From the NCBI RefSeq assembly GCF_041146345.1, contig NW_027191406.1:496001-560000 (forward strand): a stretch of DNA of 64,000 bases, written 5' to 3'. Below, piece after piece: positions 37,210 through 48,416 of this stretch (positions are counted from its first letter, which is position 1; the number at the start of each line of letters is the position of its first letter). The stretch is from Neodothiora populina (lineage: Eukaryota). The translations under genes and the position numbers were made by a program. Below the pieces are notes generated by a model. The model made no database searches. It worked only from the letters and a program-made list of their open reading frames with translations, and was not told the origin of the DNA.

Positions 37210-39222
37210 ATGGGTTACGATTATGCGCTTGTGTATGTGCATTCCGATTCGCAGATCCTGCTTTCACATGCCCGTTGCGACTGACAGCAGCCAAGGCATC
37301 TCAAGTACACAATTCCACCAGCCATTGCTCTTACCGTCCTCGCGCGACCTTTGTTGACGCGTCTTGATGTTTATAAAATCTTCTTTCTCATTACAGTACG
37401 TCTAATCAAGCTCCTCTCGCCTTTGGATCCGGTGCAAGTCCTCACCTCCATCAGATTGCCGTTGTAGCTACCACACCATGGGATTCATACCTTATCCGCA
37501 CCAGCATCTGGTCCTACCCCTCCGATGTAATCGTAGGCCCAAAACTGTTCAGCATACCGATTGAGGAAGTCTTCTTCTTCGTTGTACAGACCTATAACAC
37601 CTCCTTGCTATATCTTCTGTTCAGCAAGCCAACTTTCCACCCCAGTTACCTTCGCTTTGAGGAGAAAAAGGATGTTTGGAAGTATGTCAGATTAGCAGGT
37701 CAGGGAATCCTGGCTCTTGTTCTGCGGAAAGGATACAAGTTATTTGCAGCCGAAAAAGAAGGTGTGTACATGGGGTTGATTCTCATGTGGGCAACCCCTT
37801 TCATCATGCTCTTGTGGTCCCTGGCATACCAGTTCATCATCGGCTTGCCCTGGACCAATACCTTCCTACCCATTGCGATTCCGACCATCTACCTCTGGAT
37901 CGTTGACACCTTGGCTTTACGCCGGGGCACTTGGGTAATAGAAGGTGGCACGAAGCTTGGTGTTCATTTGTGGCCTCACCTTGAAGTCGAGTAGGTACAA
38001 GGTTACATCAATCGATAAGGTTACCGCTGACACACATCCAAGGGAAGCAGTCTTCTTCTTGCTGACCAATGTGCTGATAGTCTTTGGCTTGGTCGCTTTT
38101 GACAACGCAGTTGCTGTTTTGCACTCTTTTCCCTTCCACTTTCCCACGGTCTCTGCATTACCGTCTCCACTATCCCTTATCAACGCTTTGTTGTTGCCCG
38201 CGAGGGCGTACGATGAAGACCGCATCCACGGATTGAAGCAAGCGGCGGAGCGTTTACGAAACAAAAGCCGCAGCTTTTACCTTGCCAGTGGTGTCTTTCC
38301 CGACAGGCTGAGGATCGACCTTGTGATTCTATATTCATTCTGTAGAGCAGCGGATGACATGGTGGACACGGCTACGACACCGGCGGAAGCTCGTCGATGG
38401 ATCAGGAAACTGACGACATTCGTCGACTTATCTTATAAGAGCAAGGGAAAAGAATCGCGTGACGCGAACATGGGTGAAATTGCCTTATACGTGGCGCAAA
38501 ATTTCCCTAGAAGCGTCCACTCGGCGCTCTTGCAATTACCCACGCAGCGTCTCTCTTCCGCACCGCTGTACGACCTGCTCAAGGGTTTCGAAACGGACCT
38601 CAAGTTCCAGGGTTCCGTCAAAGGCAACAACGAGGTCAAATTCCCTATCAAAACACAGCGGGATCTGGACACCTACTCGGCGCGTGTCGCAGGTACGGTC
38701 GCGGAGCTGTGCCTTGAACTCGTATGCTTCCACTATCCTCAGGCATTACCAACTGCGTCAAGAGAAGATGTTTTCGCTGCTGGTAGGCAAATGGGCATTG
38801 CGCTCCAGTACATCAACATTGCTCGTGACCTTACCGTGGATGCGAGGCTCCAGCGCATCTATGTGCCCAGTGTCTGGCTTGGAGAAGAGGGCATGACCTC
38901 CGACGAAGCGATCAAGGTCTTATGTATCCTTTCTTCCAAGCCTAAGGAGGACGCCCAGGATGCCTACTTTTCGCAGAAGTTCAAGCGACTTCGACATAAG
39001 CTTCTTGAACGCGCGTTCGACCTTTACACCCAATCCCGCGGCGCCGTCGAGGTCCTTCCTGTGGAAGTCCGAGGTCCAATGAGGGTCGCCGTTGAAAGTT
39101 ATATGGAGATTGGTCGCGCACTGCAAAAGAGAGAATCCCTAGGGAGCAACGGGAGAGCCACTGTACCACTCACGACAAGGATCGCGGTAGCCTGGAGAGC
39201 TTTGAACAATGCGCAGAGGTGA
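37210..39222 (+). CDS. carRA: Bifunctional lycopene cyclase / phytoene synthase (al-2 orthologue)
   Basis: MGYDYALVHLKYTIPP, TTPWDSYLIR and PIEEVFFF (cyclase). KSRSFYLAS, RAADDMVD, RVAGTVAE and QYINIARD (synthase). Introns 37233-37295, 37396-37454 and 37991-38042. Confidence 0.94.
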
Positions 39223-39818
39223 TGATCTGAGGGGTCAATCATTAAAGGAAAAATTGCGCGACGGAACTCTGCATCTTGTTCCTGTCATACATCACATCCG
39301 AAACATGCCCATGCTTTCCGCGCAAGCCGTGGCAGCATGATCGTGATTTACATGTGCCACATCGCATCTATCACACCACATGCGGTGTGCTCTCTGTATA
39401 TATCCCTGCATGTGCAACATGTAAAATAATACTTGTACCATATTCGGGTAGAACTGCCAGGAAGTATGCCGCCTTTCACATGTCAAACAGCCAACTCGAT
39501 CGATCTACATAATAGACTATAAATTGGTCTGTGCTCCTATCGCCCACGATGTGCTAACTCAACTAAGCTTGCAATTACAACACGATCCTGATGTCGTGAA
39601 AGTTAATATCGTGGGATGATAGGGCAGAGCAGAAGAGAGCGAGGGATCGTGTAGAAAGTGAAGCAAGGCAAAGTAAAGCTGCCGATGTGCCGAGATCAAT
39701 CAAGGTGGATGTCGTCCACATGTTCAGCACAGCTCAGGATCATACAACGGTGCTGAGCATGTACAAGTAGCCTGCATTTTATTGTGTTTACCTCGTGCCT
39801 CTTTTCTCATGTGATGTC

Positions 39819-41745
39819 ATGGCCAACCAGGATAAGCAGAAGATGGCGATCGTTGTTGGTATGCTACGGAGTTTCGCGCCGCCCGACAGACTTGTTACAA
39901 ACCGCTAATCTGGACGTCAGGCGCGGGAGCTGGAGGTGTCAGCACTGCAGCTCGTCTAGCCAAAGCAGGCTTCAGAGTGACAGTGCTAGAGAAGAATAGC
40001 TTTACTGGAGGGCGATGCTCCTTGTTACACTATGAAGGATGGGTAGGCGCATCAGAGTGATAGAACTAAAACTCAGGCCATGCCATTAACTCCGTGCTTC
40101 AGAGATTCGACCAAGGCCCTTCACTTCTCCTCCTTCCCCGACTGTTTCACAATACTTTCCGCGATCTGGACACCAGTCTTGAAGGCGAGGGCGTACGATT
40201 GATAAAATGCACACCCAACTACAACATCTGGTTTGGCGATGGAGAGAGATTCCAGCTTTCTACAGACCTTGCGCACATGAAACAAGAGATTGAGAAATGG
40301 GAAGGCAAAGATGGTTATTCACGCTACCTTGCATTCTTGCAAGAGTCACACCGTCATTACGAGCTCAGCGTAACTCATGTGCTATTGCGCAATTTCACCA
40401 GCATCCTCTCCATGATGCGTCCCAGCTTCTTGATACATCTCTTTGAACTCCATCCTTTTGAGAGCATCTACAGCAGAGCAAGCAAGTACTTCTGGACAGA
40501 AAGATTGCGGCGCGTCTTCACCTTCTCTAGCATGTATATGGGCATGAGTCCGTTCGATGCGCCGGGGACATACAGTCTGCTGCAATACACCGAGTCCGCT
40601 GAGGGTATCTGGTATCCCGAAGGTGGATTTCACACAGTAATACAGGCTCTCGTCAGGATAGGAGAGAGGCTGGGGGTTGAGTACCGGCTGTCTACTCCTA
40701 TCGAAAAGATAAACATCCATTCTGATGGCTCCCATGCGACGGGTGTAACTCTGGCCAATGGTGAGGTCATGAACGCAGACGTTGTAGTAAACAATGCCGA
40801 CCTTGTCTATTCCTACAACAACCTACTACCAAAGACACCTTATGCAAGTTCTCTTAGTGAGAGACCGACCTCATGTAGCAGCATTTCATTCTACTGGGCT
40901 CTCGATCGCAAAATCCCACAGCTCGATGGACACAACATCTTCCTGGCCGAGGAGTATCGCGAAAGTTTTGATGCAATTTTCAAGAAACACCTGATTCCGG
41001 ACGAGCCAAGCTTCTACGTCAATGTACCAAGTCGACCAGATCCCACGGCTGCGCCTGAGGGCAAAGATGCGATCATCGTACTTGTCCCTGTGGGCCATCT
41101 GCATGATCCAGACGAGGCAGCGTCCATTTCACACAACAAAACGAACGGAATCGCAAGCACAGGGGGGGCTCCCTACCATCGGAGGAACAAGACTGGCCAA
41201 AGATGATTGGGCTGGCTAGAAAGACGATTTTATCTACTATCGCGGCTCGCACTGGAGTGGATCTTGGGCCTTATATCGTCAAGGAGATCACTAATGACCC
41301 CATGACATGGCAAGACAAATTCAACCTGGATCGCGGCGCAATCCTGGGTCTGTCACACTCGTTCTTCAACGTCTTGTCATTCCGCCCATCCACACGTGCG
41401 AGACGAGGTGGCTGGCTTGATGGCAAATTTGGGGGTGGTATCGCAGGGAGAATCGCTGAGGTTCTGTGTAGCGGAGGTAACATCGACAGGTTGTACATGG
41501 TTGGAGCAAGTGCTCATCCCGGTACCGGCGTTCCGATATGCCTCGCGGCTGGAAAATTGGTGGCCGAACAAATTTGCGATGATTTTGGTGTTCAAATCGC
41601 TTGGCCTCGTGGTGAAGGTGCAAGCAAGACCGTGACCAACGGAACACTGGATGAGCATCACGCAACACTGCTTGTGAGCTGGTTGCACATTGTTGCAGCT
41701 ATACTCTTTGCCTTACTCTGTTTGTTGGCCAGAGCCTTACTGTAG
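39819..41745 (+). CDS. carB: Phytoene desaturase (al-1 orthologue), interrupted by a frameshift at the G7 run 41162-41168
   Basis: IVVGAGAGG FAD motif, GGRCSL and RFDQGPSLLL via introns 39859-39920 and 40043-40102. MYMGMSP and PSFYVNVPSR follow. The C-terminal QDWPKMI...GAILGLSH...VGASAHPGTGVP lies in the -1 frame. Confidence 0.9.
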
Positions 41746-43769
41746 AAATTCTAAGCTCTTGCAATGATAATCACTAGGCGTATTTTACAGTATATCAATT
41801 GCCATGGAGAATCTTGTTCCTAGACTTAGAAGGAATTCACATTTGACATTGACATACAATAGAAAGGTACCACTGCATGAATCCAATGCCATCGCATGGA
41901 GTACCCAAGCATCGAGCTTGCTCATGCGCATGTCTACTCATTTCCTCTAGATGCCTTGCGCGTGCAGCTCAGTCGGCTTTTGGAGAATGGTAATAGACAC
42001 ACCGCCAATACAATACTTAACACCCCTTTTGAGTGATGCTTGCATCACTTACCGCAATTTCCCGCACAACAATTGAGACCAGCACTTTCTCTACATATCC
42101 ATATACATAACAAGCCGCTCCAGATATATAAGTGCAATCAGCTCATGTGATTTGGCAAGTCTAATCTCCTGGTTGAGGTATACACATCCAAGGAATGGTA
42201 CCTGGGAATTAGAACGTACCCGGACATGATGGTCTGACGTCGGATCTAACGCAAGCATCACGCGCCCTGCTACGCGCCCGTGCACTAGAAAATGCGGATC
42301 CAACTGCGCCTTCGCAGTCGAGCGTAGACGCGCACCGGCCCGCGGTGGGCTGGGGGATAAACCTGTGAAAAAGAAATCGTAGAAGGTGAAGTACCTCTTG
42401 TACCTTCCCTGTACCCGCATTGTAGAATTGAGATGAACTGGTGGAGCCGGGTTGCGATCGATGACTCGATCTGGTAGTGACGACTAGATCGAGCATTACG
42501 AAGGTACCGGGCACGCTAAAACTAACCGTGCAATCGATTTCCTTGCCTCCCAGCTCCTTGCCCTTCCAACCCTTTGACTTCGAGCTCCTATAGGGAACAA
42601 GCCGTATATCGCCTCGGATTGCTCTCGTGTATTGTCCAAAAGTAGGTAAGCTGACTCGGTATCGAGTCCTCAACACCGCACCATCATATGATACGCAACC
42701 ATGACGATATCGTTCACACCTATCGTGGAGCGACACCTGGGAATAATTACAGAAAGTGTCGAATGCAAGCTACCGGATGCGATCATTTACAAGTGGACAT
42801 TGTGGCTCCGATATGGTTCTACGGGCTGATGCTATGACAACGCCTACCGGAATTGATCCAGACGGAAAGTGATCCTGATTGTTCAATCATTCGCTCAACA
42901 CGGGAGCTCATCTGCTCGACATTAGAATTGATTTTACTTTCGGTTACTGCTCGGTCTGCTCGGAATCTACACGCGATGCTGCCTCCAACACCCTTGCTTG
43001 GGTGTCACAAGCACTAGAGACGATCGAATAAGAGGTAGGGTCAGGATCAACCAAGCTTTCCAAGCTTTTACACGATCTTGTCATTATGTCTGACAGTCAT
43101 CGACATTCCATTTTAGCTCTGAGCTTGTACGCCTCCCTCGAAAAAGCGTTTCTCCTTCGATTACGCATATGTTGTGCCTTATGATATCAGAGGGTGTCAG
43201 CGTTGTCCGGCTCTAGTTGCTACCAACGATTGGATCTCTCGTCACCTCCCATAGGAGCGAGCGGCTAACTGGAAGTCTCTGATGCTGATGCGCGTATTTG
43301 CGCAGGCATTTGCAGGGTGACTGCGTGAATGGTGTGATCGTTGATCGCTATCCATGCGGTGTACAGGGTAAAGGGTTATCGATTCAACACTGCACTTCCG
43401 TATTTGAATTCAAGGTGTGACACCCTGACACACAGACAGCCTAGTTGCTTTAATCTAGGGTACAGCAGCCTTCCAACGATCATGAAAAGGTTCGCCTGTT
43501 CAAGCAGATCGTAGCATGGTAACGACGTCACCCCCGTCACTTCCGTTGCTTACCCTACCCCTACCTTACCTGCACGACGATACAGTGTGATATGTAGGTG
43601 CCCTACGGTAAGTGATGTAGCACGCGCAAGCAGTATCTCTACATAAACCTGGTCGCGCCGCCGTCAACAGCTTTCCTTGGTTTCTTTCACACATTGTATA
43701 CTATCAAGCACATTCTCTTGCACTTCCTGATCTCTATTATTGATCATTTTGATCATTGATTTGCCGAAA

Positions 43770-44773
43770 ATGGCCTACTTCGATAAGAGAAATGACGCCT
43801 TGAACGTCAACCGTAAGACTTGTTCCCATGAGCTTTCTATGTTGCCCAGCTAATGATATCTTCAGCCAACATGGTCAATGGCAAGTCTGCCGATATTGCC
43901 ATCACTGTTCGCGGGTCTGATGTATACTGGGCTGTGTGCGCTTGCATGACGACTGCAACTTTCGTCTTCCTCGGACTTGGTATTATGAAGCCTCGTCAAC
44001 ACCGTGTATTCCACTACATCACTGCCGCCATCACTATGGTAGCTGCTATTGCCTACTTCTCCATGGCATCCAACCTTGGCTGGACTCCTATCGATGTTGA
44101 GTTCCAACGCAGCGATCCCAAGGTTCGAGGCATCAACCGCGAGATCTTCTACGTGCGCTACATTGATTGGTTCATCACCACGCCATTACTTCTTATGGAT
44201 CTCCTCCTCACCGCTGGCATGCCCTGGCCTACCATTCTTTTCGTCATCCTCGTTGATGAAGTCATGATTGTCACCGGCTTGGTTGGAGCCCTAGTCAGGA
44301 GCTCATACAAGTGGGGCTACTTCACATTCGGATGTGTCGCTCTCCTCTACATTGTCTATGTACTTGTCTGGGAGGCTCGCCGTCACGCCAATGCGCTCGG
44401 CAACGATGTTGGTCGTGTGTTCCTGCTTTGTGGCTCTCTCACTACCCTTCTTTGGGTCCTCTACCCCATCGCCTGGGGTGTCTGTGAGGGCGGCAATGTG
44501 ATCGCACCCGACAGTGAGGTCGCATTTTACAGTGTCCTGGATCTCATGGCCAAGCCAGTATTTGGTGCTCTTCTCATCTGGGGTCACCGTGACATCGACC
44601 CTGCTCGCCTTGGTCTCTACATTCACGACTACGATGAGAAGGATTCCGTCGCCATTGCTGAGAAGAAGCTTGCAGGTCGTGGAGGAAGCAACGCAACCAA
44701 TGGTACAAATGCGACTCACGTCAACGGTGAGACTGCTGTCGCTAGTGGAAACGACAACCCCCAGACCGTTTAA
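43770..44773 (+). CDS. carO: Fungal microbial rhodopsin (CarO-like, putative light-driven proton pump)
   Basis: Seven hydrophobic helices. Helix C RYIDWFITTPLLLMDL has a DTD motif. Helix G LDLMAKP has the counter-ion Asp and Schiff-base Lys. Intron 43813-43865. Confidence 0.93.
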
Positions 44774-45368
44774 GCCTGCACCGGGGATTAATGGACGAAA
44801 TGACGACGATGAGCAACGGAAAGATACCCTTTGTCTTTATCAAGCCTCTTCTGTTTACATGAACTTACATGCGTGCCTTTTGTTCCGCACTGGTTGTACA
44901 AAAGGCCGTGGACGATGACGCGGCAGCGGAAGTTGTTCCTCACTGTGCTAATTCTTGTCACTGACAGGCAAAGAAATACTTAATACATCTAATTCTTATA
45001 ATATCATCAACTTAATGTCACTACAAACTCTTCCTTCTTCTTCTCAATATCACCGCGTTGCTCTACATGATAGGCCTAGTTGAATTATGTTACAAACCAG
45101 TTGTTGAGGCGACTTGTGCTCGTGAGGTGACGCAAGAAATCTTTATATGTGCAGAAAAGGATAATGCGTTCGACGTGGTACTTGAGCACCCTCATCCTCC
45201 ATACTCAGCCTCGAATTCGTGATGTTCGTTCATGAAAGAGACATAAAGACTGGTCCTTAATCTATCAGTAGCTGCATTCAAATCTTGCAAGAGCCAAGGT
45301 AATATAGGAGCGCTGTCGTTAACAGACAGTTTAAGAAGTGGTTGCAAATGATTGACAAAAATAAGTCG

Positions 45369-45440
45369 TAGCTAAGCTTGGTTTCGATCCAAGGCCCTCC
45401 GGGTTATGAGCCCGGCGCGCTTCCGCTGCGCCACTCAGCT
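45369..45440 (-). tRNA. Initiator tRNA-Met(CAT)
   Basis: AGCTGAGTGGCGCAGCGGAAGCGCGCCGGGCTCATAACCCGGAGGGCCTTGGATCGAAACCAAGCTTAGCTA. A1-U72 pair, three G-C pairs in the anticodon stem, ATCGAAA T-loop typical of eukaryotic initiators. T5 terminator downstream. Confidence 0.95.
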
Positions 45441-47099
45441 GATTCATGGGAAACTTTGATTCAATACACAAATATATAGCTCACCACAGCTTGGATTACA
45501 CGACTTGAACATCGCCAGACGCACACTAAGTATGTCTTTTGTGCTGCATCTTTCGCAATATTGTCTCTTGGGTTGCATAAAATATACTACCTGCTCAGCT
45601 ACCTTATTTATTCCGTAGAATGCATGCTTGATACACAATCATGGCGCCCGAAAAAGGAAAAAAATCCGAGTCATAGGCGTTGTGAGAAAAGAGAGCATAA
45701 AAGTCGTTTGCAGCTTCTGTGGATCGAACACAGTACCTCCAGATACCGCACAGAATGCTTTTGACTTAAGTAAACTTCAGTCTGGCGCTCTCCCAAGTGA
45801 GCTAAAGCTGCTTGATGGACATTGTTGCTGGCCACCGTAATATACTCTGTTTCTGGACTACCCACCTCCGTTGCCTTCACGTTAACCTTCGCTGAAAAGA
45901 AACACACCGGATCTTCAAGAATCCATCATTTCCGGATCGCCTCGTAGTCATATAGGAGTGGTGTGATGACTTTCCAGGTCTACGACCATATCACAGATGG
46001 CACTATAAGGAGCTGGTGTTTCGAGCTCGTCATCTGCACCCGCACCCAATCGTGCGTTGGCGACCTGCATACTGTAGAATCAGAAGCGGGCGGGCCGCCG
46101 TCGATGGTAAAGCTACCATACTTTTCTCTCACTGAACAATCTGGAACGGAGCTTGAGGGACACAAGAAAACCCGTGCAAGGTCGCGTGTGGGCCGTTACT
46201 GCCATCAGCGCGTCCACGAAACCTCACCGGCTTCGTTCTTGCACACACGGTTTTGCAAACCACCTTCTGCAGAACGCAACGGACCGCGGGTTTTGGGGCC
46301 GAGTCAGAAACTCTCCGAAGCGTTGTGGTCGAAAACAGCTATAGAGACGACATGATCCTCAAACCCATCGATGTCATCTGCCTTCTTCGCCACCCTCAAG
46401 TTGCGATATATTTCGCGCACTCGAGAAATTGTGACAACTGTCTATTTACCCCTTTTCCCTCTGGTCGAATCCCAAATAGCTTCGTCGAATTTACATAGGA
46501 TCGAAGTTGCTCCGAGGCGGCGCGCTTCTTAACGTGTTGTTCGCACGTTTGACGTCAAACGGTGCTCCTTTGACGTGCATACAACCTCCTTACCTCGTCC
46601 AACGTCGCCGCCATGTCAAAATCTTATGGAATCCATGGTACCTTCCCGCTGCTGTCCCTTCCGCAGCTGTAGAACAAAGTAAGGTATACGAGTAGCAAAA
46701 GATGTATAGGTTGGCTAAAGCGATAATTGGCTCTTGGTCGCGTGTGGGATTCGCATACCGCAAAGCAAAGAATGTGGAAGCCACTTTCCCCACGGGGTAG
46801 GGTGATCACATCTGACATTTAGTGTAGCTCCGGATAGCCCCTTGCTAAATGTCTGCACAGGTCAGTCGCGCATAAACCCCACTGTATGGTCATGGTGCGG
46901 CGTAGGACTACCTGTGGATAGATCTAGGTGGGTATCTGGAGCCACGACTGTTGCGATTCTGCCCCTTGTTCTATGCAAGCGGCGGGACCATGCACAGATT
47001 CATGGGTTATACAAATATGCGCTCGACGTCCGGTTATCGATGTTATCTCCTATCATTATCACCTTCTTTCATTATCCGAGACAAGCAGCATAGCATAGC

Positions 47100-48416
47100 A
47101 TGGCGTCGCCTCACAACTCTCCTTTGAGAAGTACCAGCAGTGACAATCTGCGTACGGGACCTGGTGCTGCCTCTCGCAGACGACCTCGGGATGAGCGCTT
47201 GGCAACACCGCGTAGATACAATGAGCCTCAGGACTCGCGGTCTACGTGTGACAGTCATCCATCAGTCCCGCGATCCTATGTACCGCATCCAGCTCCGGTT
47301 GACAGACTGGAAGACGCGTTTTATCACCGCAACGCCAATCTTCTCGAGTCCCAAGTATCGACGGGTGCTTCAAACGAGGTGGACGGAGTCGATCTTCATC
47401 AGCCCTTGACACCACGCAAAGCATCGTATGACACGTCGAGGCGTGCGCGACAGTCAGAAGTGTCAAATGTGTTGGACTACTACCTGCGTGATCACTCGCC
47501 CGTGCGGGAGAGACGGCCGCAAGAGAATCGTCAACGACGGGTCCGTCCTGAGTACTACGACGCTACTATTCTGGGCGGTGGCTCGGAGGTTGTTTCTCAA
47601 TCATCGCGTTTCAATGGTCAAGCTCCACCTCTGGCACCTACTACTTCGTCTGAAGCAGGATGCAAGCCCGTATCGCAAGCGTCCCCGCAGCGGAAGCCCA
47701 CTTTCTCTCTGTTCCCTAGCCAGATGACCGATTCACTGTCGGAGCAGAGTTTCGTACCTTTGACGTATCGATCAGTCGGCACTGGTCCACGCACACCTGG
47801 GCCAGGCGCAGAGAGGACTTCAGGCAAGCCGACGCGGCCTCGCAAGGTATCCCTTCCGTCCTCGGTGCGCTCTCGCGCCGACTCATGCACCTCGACCCGG
47901 CACGTGTCGGCCGTCAGCATGGACTCTGAGATGATGCGCAATTCATACCCAAGCGGCACAGGGCCCCAACGACCTCTACCTGTCCGCGTCGTGTCAAGCA
48001 TACACAGTTCAACGCCATCACTCACATTGCCACCTTCACTCACGACAACTCGTATGTCGACGCCGACGACGTCGCGCTGGTCAAACGAGACAATGACACA
48101 GTCCCTCGGACGATCTTCTTCTGCATCGCATCTGAGGATCAGCGACTCGTCGGTGGCCTCGGCTCAATGGCCTCTGATGGGAAGTTTCTTCGAGGACGAT
48201 GACAACGAGATCGTGCCGCTACGACAAAAGGTCAAGACGAGGATCCAGAGCGCGACGTCGCGGACACCGAGGAATTCATCGCCGTCGGCGTCGGTGGCGT
48301 TGACGAATGTGGATATAAATGTAGATGTGCGTCGTAGTGGGAGTGCTGGTGGGAAGGAAAAGAGTCAGGTGCATTGGATGAAGCGGTGGATGTTGTGTTG
48401 CGCGGGGGATTCGTGA
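47100..48416 (+). CDS. Hypothetical 438-aa Ser/Pro/Arg-rich disordered protein ending in WMLCCAGDS
   Basis: Long intronless ORF with an ATG in good context (agcATGg). No recognised domain. Confidence 0.65.
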   Translation: MASPHNSPLRSTSSDNLRTGPGAASRRRPRDERLATPRRYNEPQDSRSTCDSHPSVPRSYVPHPAPVDRLEDAFYHRNANLLESQVSTGASNEVDGVDLHQPLTPRKASYDTSRRARQSEVSNVLDYYLRDHSPVRERRPQENRQRRVRPEYYDATILGGGSEVVSQSSRFNGQAPPLAPTTSSEAGCKPVSQASPQRKPTFSLFPSQMTDSLSEQSFVPLTYRSVGTGPRTPGPGAERTSGKPTRPRKVSLPSSVRSRADSCTSTRHVSAVSMDSEMMRNSYPSGTGPQRPLPVRVVSSIHSSTPSLTLPPSLTTTRMSTPTTSRWSNETMTQSLGRSSSASHLRISDSSVASAQWPLMGSFFEDDDNEIVPLRQKVKTRIQSATSRTPRNSSPSASVALTNVDINVDVRRSGSAGGKEKSQVHWMKRWMLCCAGDS

